From the NCBI GenBank assembly GCA_944387895.1, contig CALXGQ010000005.1:12365-76364 (forward strand): a stretch of 64,000 bases of DNA. Direction: 5' to 3'. The notes beneath the pieces were generated by a model that was given only the letters and a program-made list of their open reading frames with translations, had not been told where the DNA came from and did no database searches. Origin of the DNA: an uncultured Clostridia bacterium. Lineage in GTDB: Bacteria > Bacillota > Clostridia > Oscillospirales > QAKW01. Of this stretch, positions 47,801 to 57,803 are shown piece by piece (within the stretch, counting starts at the first letter, position 1; each line of letters opens with the position of its first letter). Both the position numbers and the translations under genes were made by a program.

Positions 47801-47879
47801 TTTAGAATTATTCTAAAGAACTCTTGACAAAAGGGTGCGACGTTGTTATAATGAGATCAGAATTTAGAATGATTTTAAA
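47801..47879 (+). promoter_or_regulatory. perR-rbr promoter flanked by two Per/Fur-box-like dyads
   Basis: Perfect dyad TTTAGAAT-T-ATTCTAAA (47801-47817); TTGACA (47824-29), 17 nt, TATAAT (47847-52); second box TTTAGAAT-G-ATTTTAAA (47863-47879). Confidence 0.65.
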
Positions 47880-47893
47880 AAAGGGGAGTTGTA

Positions 47894-48271
47894 ATGACCA
47901 GGCAGCGCGCATTGATACTACGGCTGATCCGGGAATCCGGGGAGCATCCGACGGCGGAGGAAATCTACCGGAAAGCAAAGGAAGAGATGCCGGGGATCGC
48001 GTTGGCAACGGTTTATAACAATCTGAACCATCTGGCGCAGGAAGGAGAAATCAGGAAAATCTCCTTTTGCGGCAGCAGTGATCGTTATGATAAGACCAGC
48101 GTGCCCCATATCCATTTGATATGCGACCGGTGCGGGCGGCTGAGGGATTGGCCGTCCGAAGGGTTTGCCGCGGAGCTGGAGCGGTGGCTGGGTTTTGCCG
48201 TGGAATCCTACGAGCTGGCGGTTCATTGCATCTGCCCTGCCTGCAGCGCAGAAAATCATTCATCAAATTAA
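47894..48271 (+). CDS. perR: Fur-family regulator, PerR-like
   Basis: 125 aa; Fur fold with HIHLICDRCG and CPAC zinc motifs; co-transcribed with rubrerythrin. Confidence 0.75.
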   Translation: MTRQRALILRLIRESGEHPTAEEIYRKAKEEMPGIALATVYNNLNHLAQEGEIRKISFCGSSDRYDKTSVPHIHLICDRCGRLRDWPSEGFAAELERWLGFAVESYELAVHCICPACSAENHSSN

Positions 48272-48293
48272 TTGAAAAAGAGGAGAAAGAAGC

Positions 48294-48827
48294 ATGGAAT
48301 TAAAGGGAAGCAAAACCGAAAAGAATCTGATGGCCGCATTTGCCGGTGAAAGCCAGGCAAGAAACAAGTACACCTATTTTGCCTCGGTGGCGAAGAAGGA
48401 AGGATATGAGCAGATCGCCGCGATTTTCCAGAAGACCGCCGATAATGAGAAGGAGCACGCCAAGATGTGGTTCAAGGAGCTGGGCGGGCTGGGCGATACC
48501 GCCGCCAACCTGCTGGCTGCCGCCGAAGGGGAGAACTACGAATGGACGGATATGTATGATACCTTTGCCAAAGAGGCGGAGGAGGAGGGCTTTACCGCTC
48601 TGGCGGCCCGGTTCCGCGCGGTAGCCGCCATTGAGAAGGCCCACGAGGAGCGCTATCGCGCTCTGCTGAGCAACGTGGAAATGCAGCGCGTTTTTGAAAA
48701 GAGCGAAGAGACCATGTGGGAATGCCGCAACTGCGGGCATTTGGTCATGGGCAAGAAAGCGCCGGAGGTCTGCCCGGTTTGCGCGCATCCCCGGAGCTAT
48801 TTTGAAGTAAGAAAAGAGAACTATTAA
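48294..48827 (+). CDS. rbr: rubrerythrin
   Basis: 177 aa; ferritin-like diiron EGE..E pattern plus C-terminal rubredoxin CRNCGH...CPVCAHP. Confidence 0.95.
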   Translation: MELKGSKTEKNLMAAFAGESQARNKYTYFASVAKKEGYEQIAAIFQKTADNEKEHAKMWFKELGGLGDTAANLLAAAEGENYEWTDMYDTFAKEAEEEGFTALAARFRAVAAIEKAHEERYRALLSNVEMQRVFEKSEETMWECRNCGHLVMGKKAPEVCPVCAHPRSYFEVRKENY

Positions 48828-48892
48828 AAGAGCGGCGGAGCCGGAGCGAAAAGCTCCGGCTCCGCTGAAAAAGCAGTCTGCGCAGGAAATGC

Positions 48893-48933
48893 CGCGCCGC
48901 CCGGAAAAGGGCGGCGCTTATTTTTTATTTTTT
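48893..48933 (+). terminator. intrinsic terminator of perR-rbr
   Basis: GCGCCGCCC-GGAAAA-GGGCGGCGC followed by TTATTTTTTATTTTTTT. Confidence 0.8.
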
Positions 48934-48959
48934 TGCGGCCGGCTGCCGCAGGGAGCGGC

Positions 48960-50780
48960 TTATTTGAGCCGGGAAAGATCCTTCATTCTCTGGGTGTTTG
49001 AAAGGGTTTGCTTACGCAGCCGGATGTTCTGCGGCGTAACCTCGATCAGCTCGTCCGGCGCGATAAACTCGATGGCCTCCTCCAGACTGAGCTTTTTGGG
49101 CGGGATCAGGCGCAGCGCCTCATCGGAACCGCTGGCGCGCATATTGGTCACGTGCTTGCGCTTGCAGACGTTAACGGCGATATCCTCCCCCTTGGGATTC
49201 ATGCCGACGATCATGCCCTCGTAGACCGGGGTGGCCGGATCGATAAAGAGCATCCCGCGCTCCTGGGCGTTGAAGAGCCCGTAGGTAACGGCCTCGCCGG
49301 TTTCAAAGGCGATCAGGGATCCGGAAGACCGGCCGGGGATCTCCCCTTTATAGGGCTCATAGCCGTGAAAGACCGTATTCATCACCCCTTCGCCGCGGGT
49401 GGCGGTAAGAAAATCGCTTTTGTAGCCGATCAGGCCCCGGGCGGGAACCAGATATTGCAGCTTCATCCGGCTGCCGTTGGGCTCCATGGAGAGCATTTCG
49501 CCCCGGCGGGAGCCCAGCCGCTCCACCACGGCGCCCACGCAGCTCTCCGGCACGTCGATGTAGACCTTTTCGATGGGCTCGCACTTTTGGCCGTCGATTT
49601 CCTTATAAAGGACATGGGGCATGGAAACGGCAAATTCATAGCCCTCCCGGCGCATGGTTTCGATCAGGATGGAAAGGTGCATTTCCCCCCGTCCCGCCAC
49701 CTTAAAGGTATCGGCGGTTTCCCCTTCCTCAACCCGGAGAGAAACGTCCTTCAGCAGCTCCCGCATCAGCCGGTCGCGGATATGGCGGGAGGTGACGAAC
49801 TTTCCTTCCCGGCCGGCAAAGGGGCTGTTGTTGACCATAAAATTCATCTCCAGCGTCGGCTCGCTGATTTTCACAAAAGGAAGCGGCTCGCGGCAGTCCG
49901 GCGCGCAGAGGGTTTCGCCGATGGTGACGTTTTCAATGCCGGAGAAGCAGACGATATCGCCCGCCTGCGCCTTTTCGATGGGCGCCCGGTTCAGCCCCTC
50001 AATGGCAAAAAGCGCCTGGACCCGACCCTTGCGGTTGGTTTCTCGGTCATGATAGTTGCAGACGGCCAGCTCTTCATTTTGGCGGATGGTTCCCCGCTCG
50101 ATCCGGCCGATCCCGATCCGGCCGACAAAATCGTTATAGTCGATGGAAGAAACCAGCAGCTGCAGGGGCTGATCCGCATCTCCTTCCGGCGGGGGGATCT
50201 GCTCCAGGATCTTATCGAAGAGGGGCGCAAGGTCGTCCCCCTTCTGATCGGGGGTGAGAGAGGCGGTGCCGTCCCTGCCGGAGCAGAAAAGGATGGGGCT
50301 GTCCAGCTGTTCGTCGCTGGCGCCCAGCTCGATCAGCAGCTCCAGAACCTCGTCCACGACCTCCAGAGGCCGGGCGTCCGGCCGGTCGACCTTGTTGACC
50401 ACCACGATGATTTGATGCCCCATTTCCAGCGCCTTTTCCAGAACGAACCGCGTTTGCGGCATGGCGCCTTCAAAGGCGTCCACCAGAAGCAAAACGCCGT
50501 TGACCATTTTCAGGATCCGCTCCACCTCGCCGCTGAAATCGGCATGGCCCGGCGTATCGATGATGTTGATTTTCGTGCCCTTCCAGTGGGCGGCGGTATT
50601 TTTTGCCAAAATGGTGATTCCTCGCTCCCGCTCCAGATCGTTGCTGTCCATAACCCGGTCGGCCACCACCTGATTGTCGCGGAAAATCCCGCCCTGCTTC
50701 AGCATTTCGTCTACCAGCGTGGTTTTGCCATGGTCGACGTGGGCGATAATGGCGATATTTCTCAGATCTTCTCGTTTCAT
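48960..50780 (-). CDS. typA: translational GTPase TypA/BipA
   Basis: 606 aa; G1 [24 protein letters not shown]. Confidence 0.95.
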   Translation of the reverse strand: MKREDLRNIAIIAHVDHGKTTLVDEMLKQGGIFRDNQVVADRVMDSNDLERERGITILAKNTAAHWKGTKINIIDTPGHADFSGEVERILKMVNGVLLLVDAFEGAMPQTRFVLEKALEMGHQIIVVVNKVDRPDARPLEVVDEVLELLIELGASDEQLDSPILFCSGRDGTASLTPDQKGDDLAPLFDKILEQIPPPEGDADQPLQLLVSSIDYNDFVGRIGIGRIERGTIRQNEELAVCNYHDRETNRKGRVQALFAIEGLNRAPIEKAQAGDIVCFSGIENVTIGETLCAPDCREPLPFVKISEPTLEMNFMVNNSPFAGREGKFVTSRHIRDRLMRELLKDVSLRVEEGETADTFKVAGRGEMHLSILIETMRREGYEFAVSMPHVLYKEIDGQKCEPIEKVYIDVPESCVGAVVERLGSRRGEMLSMEPNGSRMKLQYLVPARGLIGYKSDFLTATRGEGVMNTVFHGYEPYKGEIPGRSSGSLIAFETGEAVTYGLFNAQERGMLFIDPATPVYEGMIVGMNPKGEDIAVNVCKRKHVTNMRASGSDEALRLIPPKKLSLEEAIEFIAPDELIEVTPQNIRLRKQTLSNTQRMKDLSRLK

Positions 50781-50921
50781 GTTGTACCTTCTTTCTGCAT
50801 AACAGACAAATTATAGCAGAGCGGATGCTAAAAAACCATAGCTATTTTTGCCAAAATTCCGTATCTTTTTACGCAGGTTTACAAACAATATGGAAAAAGG
50901 ATAAAAAAGGAGTGCAAAAAC

Positions 50922-51707
50922 ATGGTAAAGGGAAAGGATTTGATGACATTTTTAGCCGTTCCCCTGCTGATCGTCAGCCTGTTGTTCATGATGAGCGCCG
51001 GAGGGAGCGCCGCGCCCACCACCGGATATGATTGGTATTTTCAGCCGAATCAGACCCATACGCAGCCGGAGGTGACCCGGGAGGTGGAGCTGGAGCCCTA
51101 TTCGGTTCTGTATTGCGGGAGCGCGTCTGAAAAGAAGGTTTCCATCACCTTTGACGCCGGCTATGACAACGGGTATCACGGCGCGATTCTGGATACCCTT
51201 CGGGAAAAGAGCGTTTCCGCCGCTTTTTTTCTGGACGGCAATTTCCTGAAACAAAATGAAGCCCTTGTTCGGCGGATGGCGGAGGAAGGGCATATCGTCG
51301 GCAATCATACGCTGAACCACACGGATATGACGGCGCTGACCGATTTTTCCGCTTACCGCCAGCAGATTGAAGGCTGGAATGAGATCCTGGCGGGCTACGG
51401 ACTGAGTCCCTCGGGGTATTTCCGGTTCCCCTGCGGAAGATTTTCGGAGCGGGCGCTGGATTATAACGACAAGCTGGGGCTGACCAGCGTATTCTGGAGC
51501 TTTGCCTATTACGACTGGGTGGAGGAGGAGCAGCCGGATCCGGAGGCCGCCCTTGAAAAAATCATGAGTCGGATGCATAATGGCTGCATCCTGCTGCTCC
51601 ATTCCACGTCCAGGACCAACGCCCAGATTCTGGGCACGCTCATTGACCGCCTGCGGGGGGAGGGATATGAAATCGTTCCGCTGGAGCAGATGAGCGGCAA
51701 GGCATAG
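50922..51707 (+). CDS. pdaA: polysaccharide deacetylase, PdaA-like (delta-lactam biosynthetic de-N-acetylase)
   Basis: 261 aa; signal/TM N-terminus; NodB motifs TFDAGYDNG, GNHTLNH; FWSFAYYDW typical of PdaA group. Confidence 0.7.
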   Translation: MVKGKDLMTFLAVPLLIVSLLFMMSAGGSAAPTTGYDWYFQPNQTHTQPEVTREVELEPYSVLYCGSASEKKVSITFDAGYDNGYHGAILDTLREKSVSAAFFLDGNFLKQNEALVRRMAEEGHIVGNHTLNHTDMTALTDFSAYRQQIEGWNEILAGYGLSPSGYFRFPCGRFSERALDYNDKLGLTSVFWSFAYYDWVEEEQPDPEAALEKIMSRMHNGCILLLHSTSRTNAQILGTLIDRLRGEGYEIVPLEQMSGKA

Positions 51708-51749
51708 AAGCAAAAGCGCCGCTCATATAAATAATGGGAGGTGAGCATC

Positions 51750-52766
51750 ATGACGATCACGGAATTTTTTCATGCGTCTTTTTCCTCCCTGCCGGGTGCG
51801 ATGGTTTTGCTGATCGCTCTGGGGGTTTTGTTTGTCAACGGCTGGACGGACGCGCCCAACGCCATAGCCGCCGGGGTATCCACCGGCGCGATGACGCTGC
51901 GTCAGGGCGCGCTACTGGCAACGGCAATGAATATCCTGGGCGGGACTGCCGCGCTGCTGATGGGCAGAAAGGTTGCGGAAACCATCTTCGGGCTGGGGGA
52001 TTTCAGCGCCGGCAGCCGGGGCGGCGCTGCGCTGGCCGCGGCGCTGCTGGCGGTGGTGCTGTGGGCGGTTATTGCCTGGCGCTTCGGGATCCCTACCAGC
52101 GAAAGCCATGGCCTGATGGCGGGCATCATGGGCGCCTCCCTGGGGTTGGGCGCAGGCGGGATCTCTCTCGGCGCGCTGGGAAGGATCCTGATCGGGCTTG
52201 TTTTTTCCATGGCCACGGGGTTTCTGGCCGGATGGATCCTTTCCCGCCGGATCCGGCGGATGCGGTTTCGGCCGGGCTTCTGGCGGTGGGGACAGCGCCT
52301 TTCCGCCGCGCTGATGGCCTTTGCCCACGGTTTGCAGGATACGCCCAAATTCGCCTCGATCCTGGTTTTGTGGCAGACCCTTGCGCCGGAAGGCGGCGGC
52401 GCCGGTTTTTCCCTGCCCCTCTGGCTGATGCTCTTTTGCAGCGGCGTCATGGGTCTGGGCACGCTGCTGGGCGGCGGGCGGATCATCCGAACGGTCGGCG
52501 CCCGGATGGTACATATCGGCCAGAAGGAGGGCTTTGCCGCCGATCTTGCGGGAACCGCAAGCCTTCTTTTATCAACCCTTCAGGGGCTCCCGGTCAGCAC
52601 CACCCATGCCAAAACCTGCGCGCTGATGGGGGCGGCGGTCGGCGGCGCGGAGAGCCGCGTTGACCGGAAAATAGCCGGCTCCATGATCGCCGCATGGCTG
52701 CTGACCTTCCCCGCCTGCGGCCTGCTGGCTTTTCTGCTGACCAGAGTATTTCTTCTGTTTTTTTAA
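51750..52766 (+). CDS. PiT-family inorganic phosphate transporter
   Basis: Polytopic; NGWTDAPNAIA and STTHAKTCALMG correspond to the duplicated PiT signature; ATG 51750 behind GGGAGG. Confidence 0.7.
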   Translation: MTITEFFHASFSSLPGAMVLLIALGVLFVNGWTDAPNAIAAGVSTGAMTLRQGALLATAMNILGGTAALLMGRKVAETIFGLGDFSAGSRGGAALAAALLAVVLWAVIAWRFGIPTSESHGLMAGIMGASLGLGAGGISLGALGRILIGLVFSMATGFLAGWILSRRIRRMRFRPGFWRWGQRLSAALMAFAHGLQDTPKFASILVLWQTLAPEGGGAGFSLPLWLMLFCSGVMGLGTLLGGGRIIRTVGARMVHIGQKEGFAADLAGTASLLLSTLQGLPVSTTHAKTCALMGAAVGGAESRVDRKIAGSMIAAWLLTFPACGLLAFLLTRVFLLFF

Positions 52767-52865
52767 AAAAACCTTTTCATTCAAGAACAAATGTGTTATA
52801 ATGTTCATAAATGGAGGGTCTGCTGCGGCGGGCTGTTCTTTGTTGAGGGAAAAGGCGGTGAAGAG

Positions 52866-53231
52866 ATGAAGGTGGCGATTGTTGGATCCAGGGGTCTGGA
52901 ATTTTATGATTTTGCGCAATATTTGCCCCGGGAAACAACGGAGATCGTTTCAGGCGGCGCCCGGGGCATCGATAGCTGCGCCCGGCGGTATGCCAGGCGG
53001 CATGGCATGAAAATGACGGAATTTCTTCCGGACTATGCGCAGTACGGGCGGCGCGCGCCGCTTTTGCGGAATCTTGAAATCATTGCCTACAGCGATTTGG
53101 TTCTCGCCTTTTGGGATGGAAAATCCACCGGGACCCAATTTGTGATCGACCGGTGCAGAAAGGCGGGAAAGGAGTGCCGGGTCTATCGGGTCAGAACCGG
53201 GCCGCGGCGCTCTCCGGAAGAGCGGGGCTGA
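52866..53231 (+). CDS. DUF2493 / SLOG-family protein
   Basis: Start MKVAIVGSRG (ATG 52866); IVSGGARGIDS Rossmann-like SLOG motif; 121 aa. Confidence 0.65.
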   Translation: MKVAIVGSRGLEFYDFAQYLPRETTEIVSGGARGIDSCARRYARRHGMKMTEFLPDYAQYGRRAPLLRNLEIIAYSDLVLAFWDGKSTGTQFVIDRCRKAGKECRVYRVRTGPRRSPEERG

Positions 53232-53286
53232 AGCCGCCCGGCGGCGGAAGGGATAAAAAAGCCCGTCTTCCGGGCAACCGGGGATC

Positions 53287-53333
53287 GAAAAAACGGTGCA
53301 GTCCCGTTCTCGGGACTGCACCGTTTTGTTTGT
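53287..53333. terminator. bidirectional terminator between the SLOG gene and mfd
   Basis: ACGGTGCAGTCCCG-TTCT-CGGGACTGCACCGT flanked by AAAAAA and TTTTGTTTGTT. Confidence 0.8.
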
Positions 53334-53392
53334 TGAAGCAAGGGCGCCGATTTGGAGCCGGGGAGGCGGAAGCCGGCCGCCCGGTCTGCCGT

Positions 53393-56300
53393 TTAGTCCT
53401 GCCGCTCCGGTTGGGCGCGCAGCCCGGCATAGGTTTTGAGAAAGGCGTTCATCTCTTCCAGTAGATGGCCCCGATCCCGGATCTTCAGCGTGAAATAGGG
53501 TCTGGCTCCGATGGAATAGAGCAGCCGACCGTTCATGGCGTGCACCAGCCGGGCAAGCAGCTCCGGCTGCGGCTCGCCGGCAAAAAAGAGAACGGCGTCC
53601 TGCTTTTGCTTGATATCGATGATGCCGTTTTCCCGGGCCATGGCGCGGAGCAGAGCAATCTTCATCAGGTTGACAACGCTCTCCGGTGGATCGGAAAAGC
53701 GGTCGCAAAGCTCATCGATCACGTCGCCAAAATCCTCCTCGGAGGAGATGGCGGCGATTTTTTTATAAAGATCGATCCGGGTCTTTTCGCTGGGGACGTA
53801 GTCCTTGGGGATGAATGCGCTGACGGAAACGTCGACGGCGCAGTCCGTCTGGGGCGGCTCTTGCCGACCCTGCTCCTCGTTGACGGCCTCCCGGAGGATC
53901 CGCATATACATGTCATAGCCGACGATATTCATCTGCCCGTGCTGTTTTTCTCCCAGCAGCGCGCCGGCGCCCCGGATCTCCAGATCCCGCATGGCGATTT
54001 TAAGGCCGCTGCCAAATTCCGTAAATTCCCGGAGCGTCGCCAGCCGTTTGGCGGCGGCTTCGTTTACCTCGGCGCCCCGGCGGTAGGTCAGGTATGCGTA
54101 GGCGCGGGTACTGCTGCGCCCCACCCGTCCGCGGATCTGATGCAGCTGGGAAAGGCCCAGCCGGTCGGCGTCCTCGATGATCAGGGTATTGGCGAAGGAG
54201 ACGTCGATCCCCGTTTCGATGATGGTGGTGCAGATCAGGATATCTACCTCGTGGTGCAGAACGCGATCCCAGGTTTTTTCCAGCTCGGTTCCGGTCATCT
54301 TCCCGTGCCCCACGGCGATTCGCGCCTCCGGCAGCCGGGCGGAAAGGCGCTCGGCGATCCGATCCAGAGCGTCGATGTCGTTTTTCAGATAGAAGACGCA
54401 GCCGCCCCGCTTCAGCTCCCGGGCAATGGCGGAGAGCAGCAGCTCGGTATCGTATTCCAGAATATAGGTGACGACAGGCTGGCGGTCGGCAGGCGGATCC
54501 TCGATGATGGAAAGATCCCGGATCCCGGAAAGCGCCATGTTCAGCGTGCGGGGGATGGGGGTGGCGCTCATGGTCAGCACGTCCACGCCGACGGAAAGCT
54601 CCTTGATCTTCTCCTTATGCTTAACGCCGAATCGCTGTTCTTCATCGATGATCAGCAATCCCAGCTTTTTAAAATGGACGTCGCCGGAGAGCAGCCGGTG
54701 GGTGCCGATGATCATATCCAGCCTGCCGGTTTCCAGGTCGGAAAGGATCCGGCGGGTCTCCCCCGGGGAGCGGAACCGGTTCAAAACGGCGGTGCTGACG
54801 GGAAAATCGGCAAAGCGCTCCCGAACGGTAAGAAAATGCTGCTCCGAGAGGATGGTGGTGGGGCAGAGCAGAGCGACCTGAAAGCCGTTGTCGATGGCCT
54901 TGAAGGCCGCCCGGAGCGCCACTTCTGTTTTTCCGAAGCCCACGTCGCCGCAGAGCAGCCGATCCATGGGGCATGCGCGCTCCATATCCTGCTTGATCTC
55001 CTCCACGCATCGGATCTGATCGGGCGTTTCCTCATAGGGGAACTGCTCTTCAAAGCGGAGCTGCCAATCGGAATCCGGCTCGCAGGGGATGCCGGGAGCC
55101 TGCAGCCGCTTGGCATAAAGGGCGATCAGCTCCCGGGCGATCTCCCGGGACTGGTTTTTCACCCGCGCCTTGGTTTTCTCCCACTGCGCTCCGCCCAGCC
55201 GGGAGAGCCGGACGGTTTTGTCCTCGGCGGTGCCGATGTATTTGGAGATCAGATCCAGCTGCGGGCAGGGGACGAAGAGGGTATCGCCCTTGTCGTAGCC
55301 GATCACGATATAGTCCTTCACAACCCCCTGATTTTCAACCTGACGGATTCCCTTATAAACGCCGATCCCATGGGAAACGTGCACCACGAGGTCGCCCGGC
55401 GTGATATCGTTGAAGGAACGGATTTTTTCCCCTTTGTACGGGCCGGCGCGGCGGGCAGTTCGGGCGGTTTTCCGGATTCCGGCGGAGATCAGCAGAAGGC
55501 CGGCGTCGGGGAAGCGCAGATTGCAGGAAAGCGGGCTTTCCAGGCAGCAGACGAACCCTTCCCGGGGCGATTCCGCCAGGGGAACGCGGGCGTCGGCCAG
55601 GGCGGATTTCAGCTCCGCCAGCCGCTCGGCCGTCCCGGTCAGAAGAATGATATCGCCGTCCTCGGCGGCGCGCAGCAATTCGGTCAGCAGCGCCTCCTCC
55701 CGGTAGAGGGGCACCGGATCTTCCAGCACCCGGATCTGCCGGAGCGCGCCCAGCTCCTGCCCCGGAGCGGGGGAAAGGGCGGAAAAGAGAAAGGTCTTTC
55801 CGTTCCAGCGCGCTTCAAAGGCGTTCTGATCCAGAAAATAGGCACCCTCGGCCATAAAGACGCCCTTTTCCGCATGGCGGACGCGCTCTTCGTTGAGCTG
55901 CCATTCCATAAAGGAAAAAACCTTCTGCTGGCCGGCGTAATCATCGATAAAGAGCAGGCCGTCGTGGAGATCCAGCGGCGTAAAGAGGGTGGCGTAAAGC
56001 AGCGGCAGATACCGATCCACCGCAACGCTGCGGCCGGTTTCCAGCCGCTCGATGTCCTCCTTCAGGCCGGGGTGGTGGGTTTCCGCCTCCAGCTTTTTCA
56101 GCAGCGGCAGCAGCCGCTGCTCTTCTCCCCGGCGGGAGCGGCAGGCCACCAGCTCCGCTTCCCCGACGGTTTCCAGCGTCCGCTGGGTCAGTACGTCGAA
56201 GAAAACGATCCGGTCGATCTCGTCGCCGAAGAACTCGATGCGCAGGGGATGGGGATAATTGGGGGAAAAAACGTCCAGGATCCCGCCCCGGCGGGCGAAG

Positions 56301-56803
56301 CTGCCGCTTCCCTCCACCAGCTCAAAGGAAGAATAACCTCTTTCGGTAAGGAACGCGGTCAGCGCGTCAAGATCATAAGAATCCCCGGTCTTCAGCAGAA
56401 GCCCCCGCTCATCCGCTTCCTCCGGGGGCGCGACCGGCATCAGCAGGGCGCTCAGGGTGGTCACGATCAGGGAATAGTCCCCGGTACGCATTTTTTTCAG
56501 GGTTTCCGCCTGCCGGATCTCCCAGTCCCGGGAGCGGGCGGAATAGGCGTCAAACAAAAAATCCCGCTCCGGCAGATAATAGACCTTTTCGCCCAAAAGG
56601 GCGCGGAAAGCCGCGAGAATTTCCTCCTGCCCCGCCTCCTGACGGATAACGTAAATTCCCTTATGATGCAGTTTTTTGCAGAGATAGGCGGCTACCGGGA
56701 TGCCGCTTTTCCCCGAGAGGCCGTTGATGGCGACGGGGCGCCCGCCGCCGGCCGGCAGATTTTGCAGCGCCGGTTCCCGATCCAGAAGAGAAAGAATATC
56801 CAT
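53393..56803 (-). CDS. mfd: transcription-repair coupling factor
   Basis: Start MDILSLL (56803); SF2 helicase motifs GDVGFGKTEVA, IIDEEQRFGV; CarD-like and TRG regions; follows pth. Confidence 0.95.
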   Translation of the reverse strand: MDILSLLDREPALQNLPAGGGRPVAINGLSGKSGIPVAAYLCKKLHHKGIYVIRQEAGQEEILAAFRALLGEKVYYLPERDFLFDAYSARSRDWEIRQAETLKKMRTGDYSLIVTTLSALLMPVAPPEEADERGLLLKTGDSYDLDALTAFLTERGYSSFELVEGSGSFARRGGILDVFSPNYPHPLRIEFFGDEIDRIVFFDVLTQRTLETVGEAELVACRSRRGEEQRLLPLLKKLEAETHHPGLKEDIERLETGRSVAVDRYLPLLYATLFTPLDLHDGLLFIDDYAGQQKVFSFMEWQLNEERVRHAEKGVFMAEGAYFLDQNAFEARWNGKTFLFSALSPAPGQELGALRQIRVLEDPVPLYREEALLTELLRAAEDGDIILLTGTAERLAELKSALADARVPLAESPREGFVCCLESPLSCNLRFPDAGLLLISAGIRKTARTARRAGPYKGEKIRSFNDITPGDLVVHVSHGIGVYKGIRQVENQGVVKDYIVIGYDKGDTLFVPCPQLDLISKYIGTAEDKTVRLSRLGGAQWEKTKARVKNQSREIARELIALYAKRLQAPGIPCEPDSDWQLRFEEQFPYEETPDQIRCVEEIKQDMERACPMDRLLCGDVGFGKTEVALRAAFKAIDNGFQVALLCPTTILSEQHFLTVRERFADFPVSTAVLNRFRSPGETRRILSDLETGRLDMIIGTHRLLSGDVHFKKLGLLIIDEEQRFGVKHKEKIKELSVGVDVLTMSATPIPRTLNMALSGIRDLSIIEDPPADRQPVVTYILEYDTELLLSAIARELKRGGCVFYLKNDIDALDRIAERLSARLPEARIAVGHGKMTGTELEKTWDRVLHHEVDILICTTIIETGIDVSFANTLIIEDADRLGLSQLHQIRGRVGRSSTRAYAYLTYRRGAEVNEAAAKRLATLREFTEFGSGLKIAMRDLEIRGAGALLGEKQHGQMNIVGYDMYMRILREAVNEEQGRQEPPQTDCAVDVSVSAFIPKDYVPSEKTRIDLYKKIAAISSEEDFGDVIDELCDRFSDPPESVVNLMKIALLRAMARENGIIDIKQKQDAVLFFAGEPQPELLARLVHAMNGRLLYSIGARPYFTLKIRDRGHLLEEMNAFLKTYAGLRAQPERQD

Positions 56804-56807
56804 GCCT

Positions 56808-57365
56808 TCACCTGTTGAAGCGGTTTTGCGCGCCGGCGTAATCACCTTCCAGCAAAAGCCGCACCGCGCCGGGAACGGTGCGCAGCACCTCTTCCAGCTT
56901 GCCAAGATCCTCCCTGCCAAAGCGGCTGAGCACCCAGTCCGCCAGATCGTAATCCGGCCTCGGCTTCTGCCCCACGCCGATCTTGATGCGCAGGAATTCC
57001 TGGCTGCCCAGTACCCGGATGATATCCTTCAGGCCGTTGTGCCCGCCGTCGCTGCCCTTGTCGCGGATCCGCAGCCGCCCGACCTCCATGGAAACGTCGT
57101 CGGCGATCACGATGATATGATCCCGGGGGATTTTATAATAGGAACCAACGTCGTTTACCGCGGTTCCCGACCGGTTCATAAAGGTCAGCGGCCGAACAAA
57201 GAGGATTTCTCTGCTTCCCTCCGAAGCCCGGCTCATCAGGGCGGTCTGCCGGCTGCCAAAGCTTTTGGCGCCGAAGTCCTGCTCCAGGATATCCAGCGCC
57301 ATAAATCCGGCGTTATGGCGCGTTTTTTCATAGGAACGGCCGGGATTCCCCAGCCCCACCACCAT
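56808..57365 (-). CDS. pth: peptidyl-tRNA hydrolase
   Basis: MVVGLGNPGRSYEKTRHNAGF start (ATG 57365 behind AAGGAG); ORF also open to ATG 57398. Confidence 0.9.
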   Translation of the reverse strand: MVVGLGNPGRSYEKTRHNAGFMALDILEQDFGAKSFGSRQTALMSRASEGSREILFVRPLTFMNRSGTAVNDVGSYYKIPRDHIIVIADDVSMEVGRLRIRDKGSDGGHNGLKDIIRVLGSQEFLRIKIGVGQKPRPDYDLADWVLSRFGREDLGKLEEVLRTVPGAVRLLLEGDYAGAQNRFNR

Positions 57366-57519
57366 GAACCGCTCCTTTTTAAATGGACTGAAAAACATAC
57401 CTTCACCTCTGTTTCAGCGGCGCTGCCGCACCGCCGGATTTTCCGCATTGCCGGCAGAGCCCTTCCCGCTCCGCCGCGGGAAGGGTTCGTTTTTTTCGGA
57501 CTCTGCCTGGATTTGCGCG

Positions 57520-57634
57520 GAAAGAAAGCAAAGAAACCGATCCGCCGCCGGGTCGGCGGCGGGAAAATGCGTTTCTGAACGAGAAGGTCATGACCACCGC
57601 AGGGCAGTTCCCTTTCGGGGATCACGACCGTCGT
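57520..57634 (-). ncRNA. candidate small RNA or attenuating 5' leader upstream of pth
   Basis: Begins just downstream of a near-consensus promoter; several short hairpins; ends at GC hairpin CCGCCGCCG-ACC-CGGCGGCGG plus interrupted U tract; no ORF. Confidence 0.3.
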
Positions 57635-57640
57635 GGGATT

Positions 57641-57669
57641 ATTATACCACGAGCCGCCGTGAAATTCAA
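57641..57669 (-). promoter_or_regulatory. near-consensus sigma-A promoter (minus strand)
   Basis: TTGAAT (57669-57664), 17-nt spacer, TGg-TATAAT (57646-57641). Confidence 0.6.
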
Positions 57670-57803
57670 TTGATAAATTTCTCTTTCTGCCGGCCGGGGG
57701 GAATGAGGCCGATAGGGGCGCGGAGTCGCTTCAAACAAAAGAAAAATGACAATAAAAGCGCCGTTTTCAGGTAAAATATAAAAAATACGCGGAGGTAATC
57801 AGC

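Noticed and set aside
49008-50816. 602-aa plus-strand ORF
   Set aside because: Antisense shadow of typA.
53465-56818. 1117-aa plus-strand ORF
   Set aside because: It lies entirely antisense to mfd, which has unmistakable helicase motifs. Its sequence is Gly/Arg/Pro/Ala-rich and low in complexity, as expected for shadow ORFs in GC-rich DNA. No RBS.
57364-57774. 136-aa plus-strand ORF between pth and the recombinase
   Set aside because: It overlaps the pth start, has no RBS and is composition-driven. The region is better explained by minus-strand regulatory RNA features.
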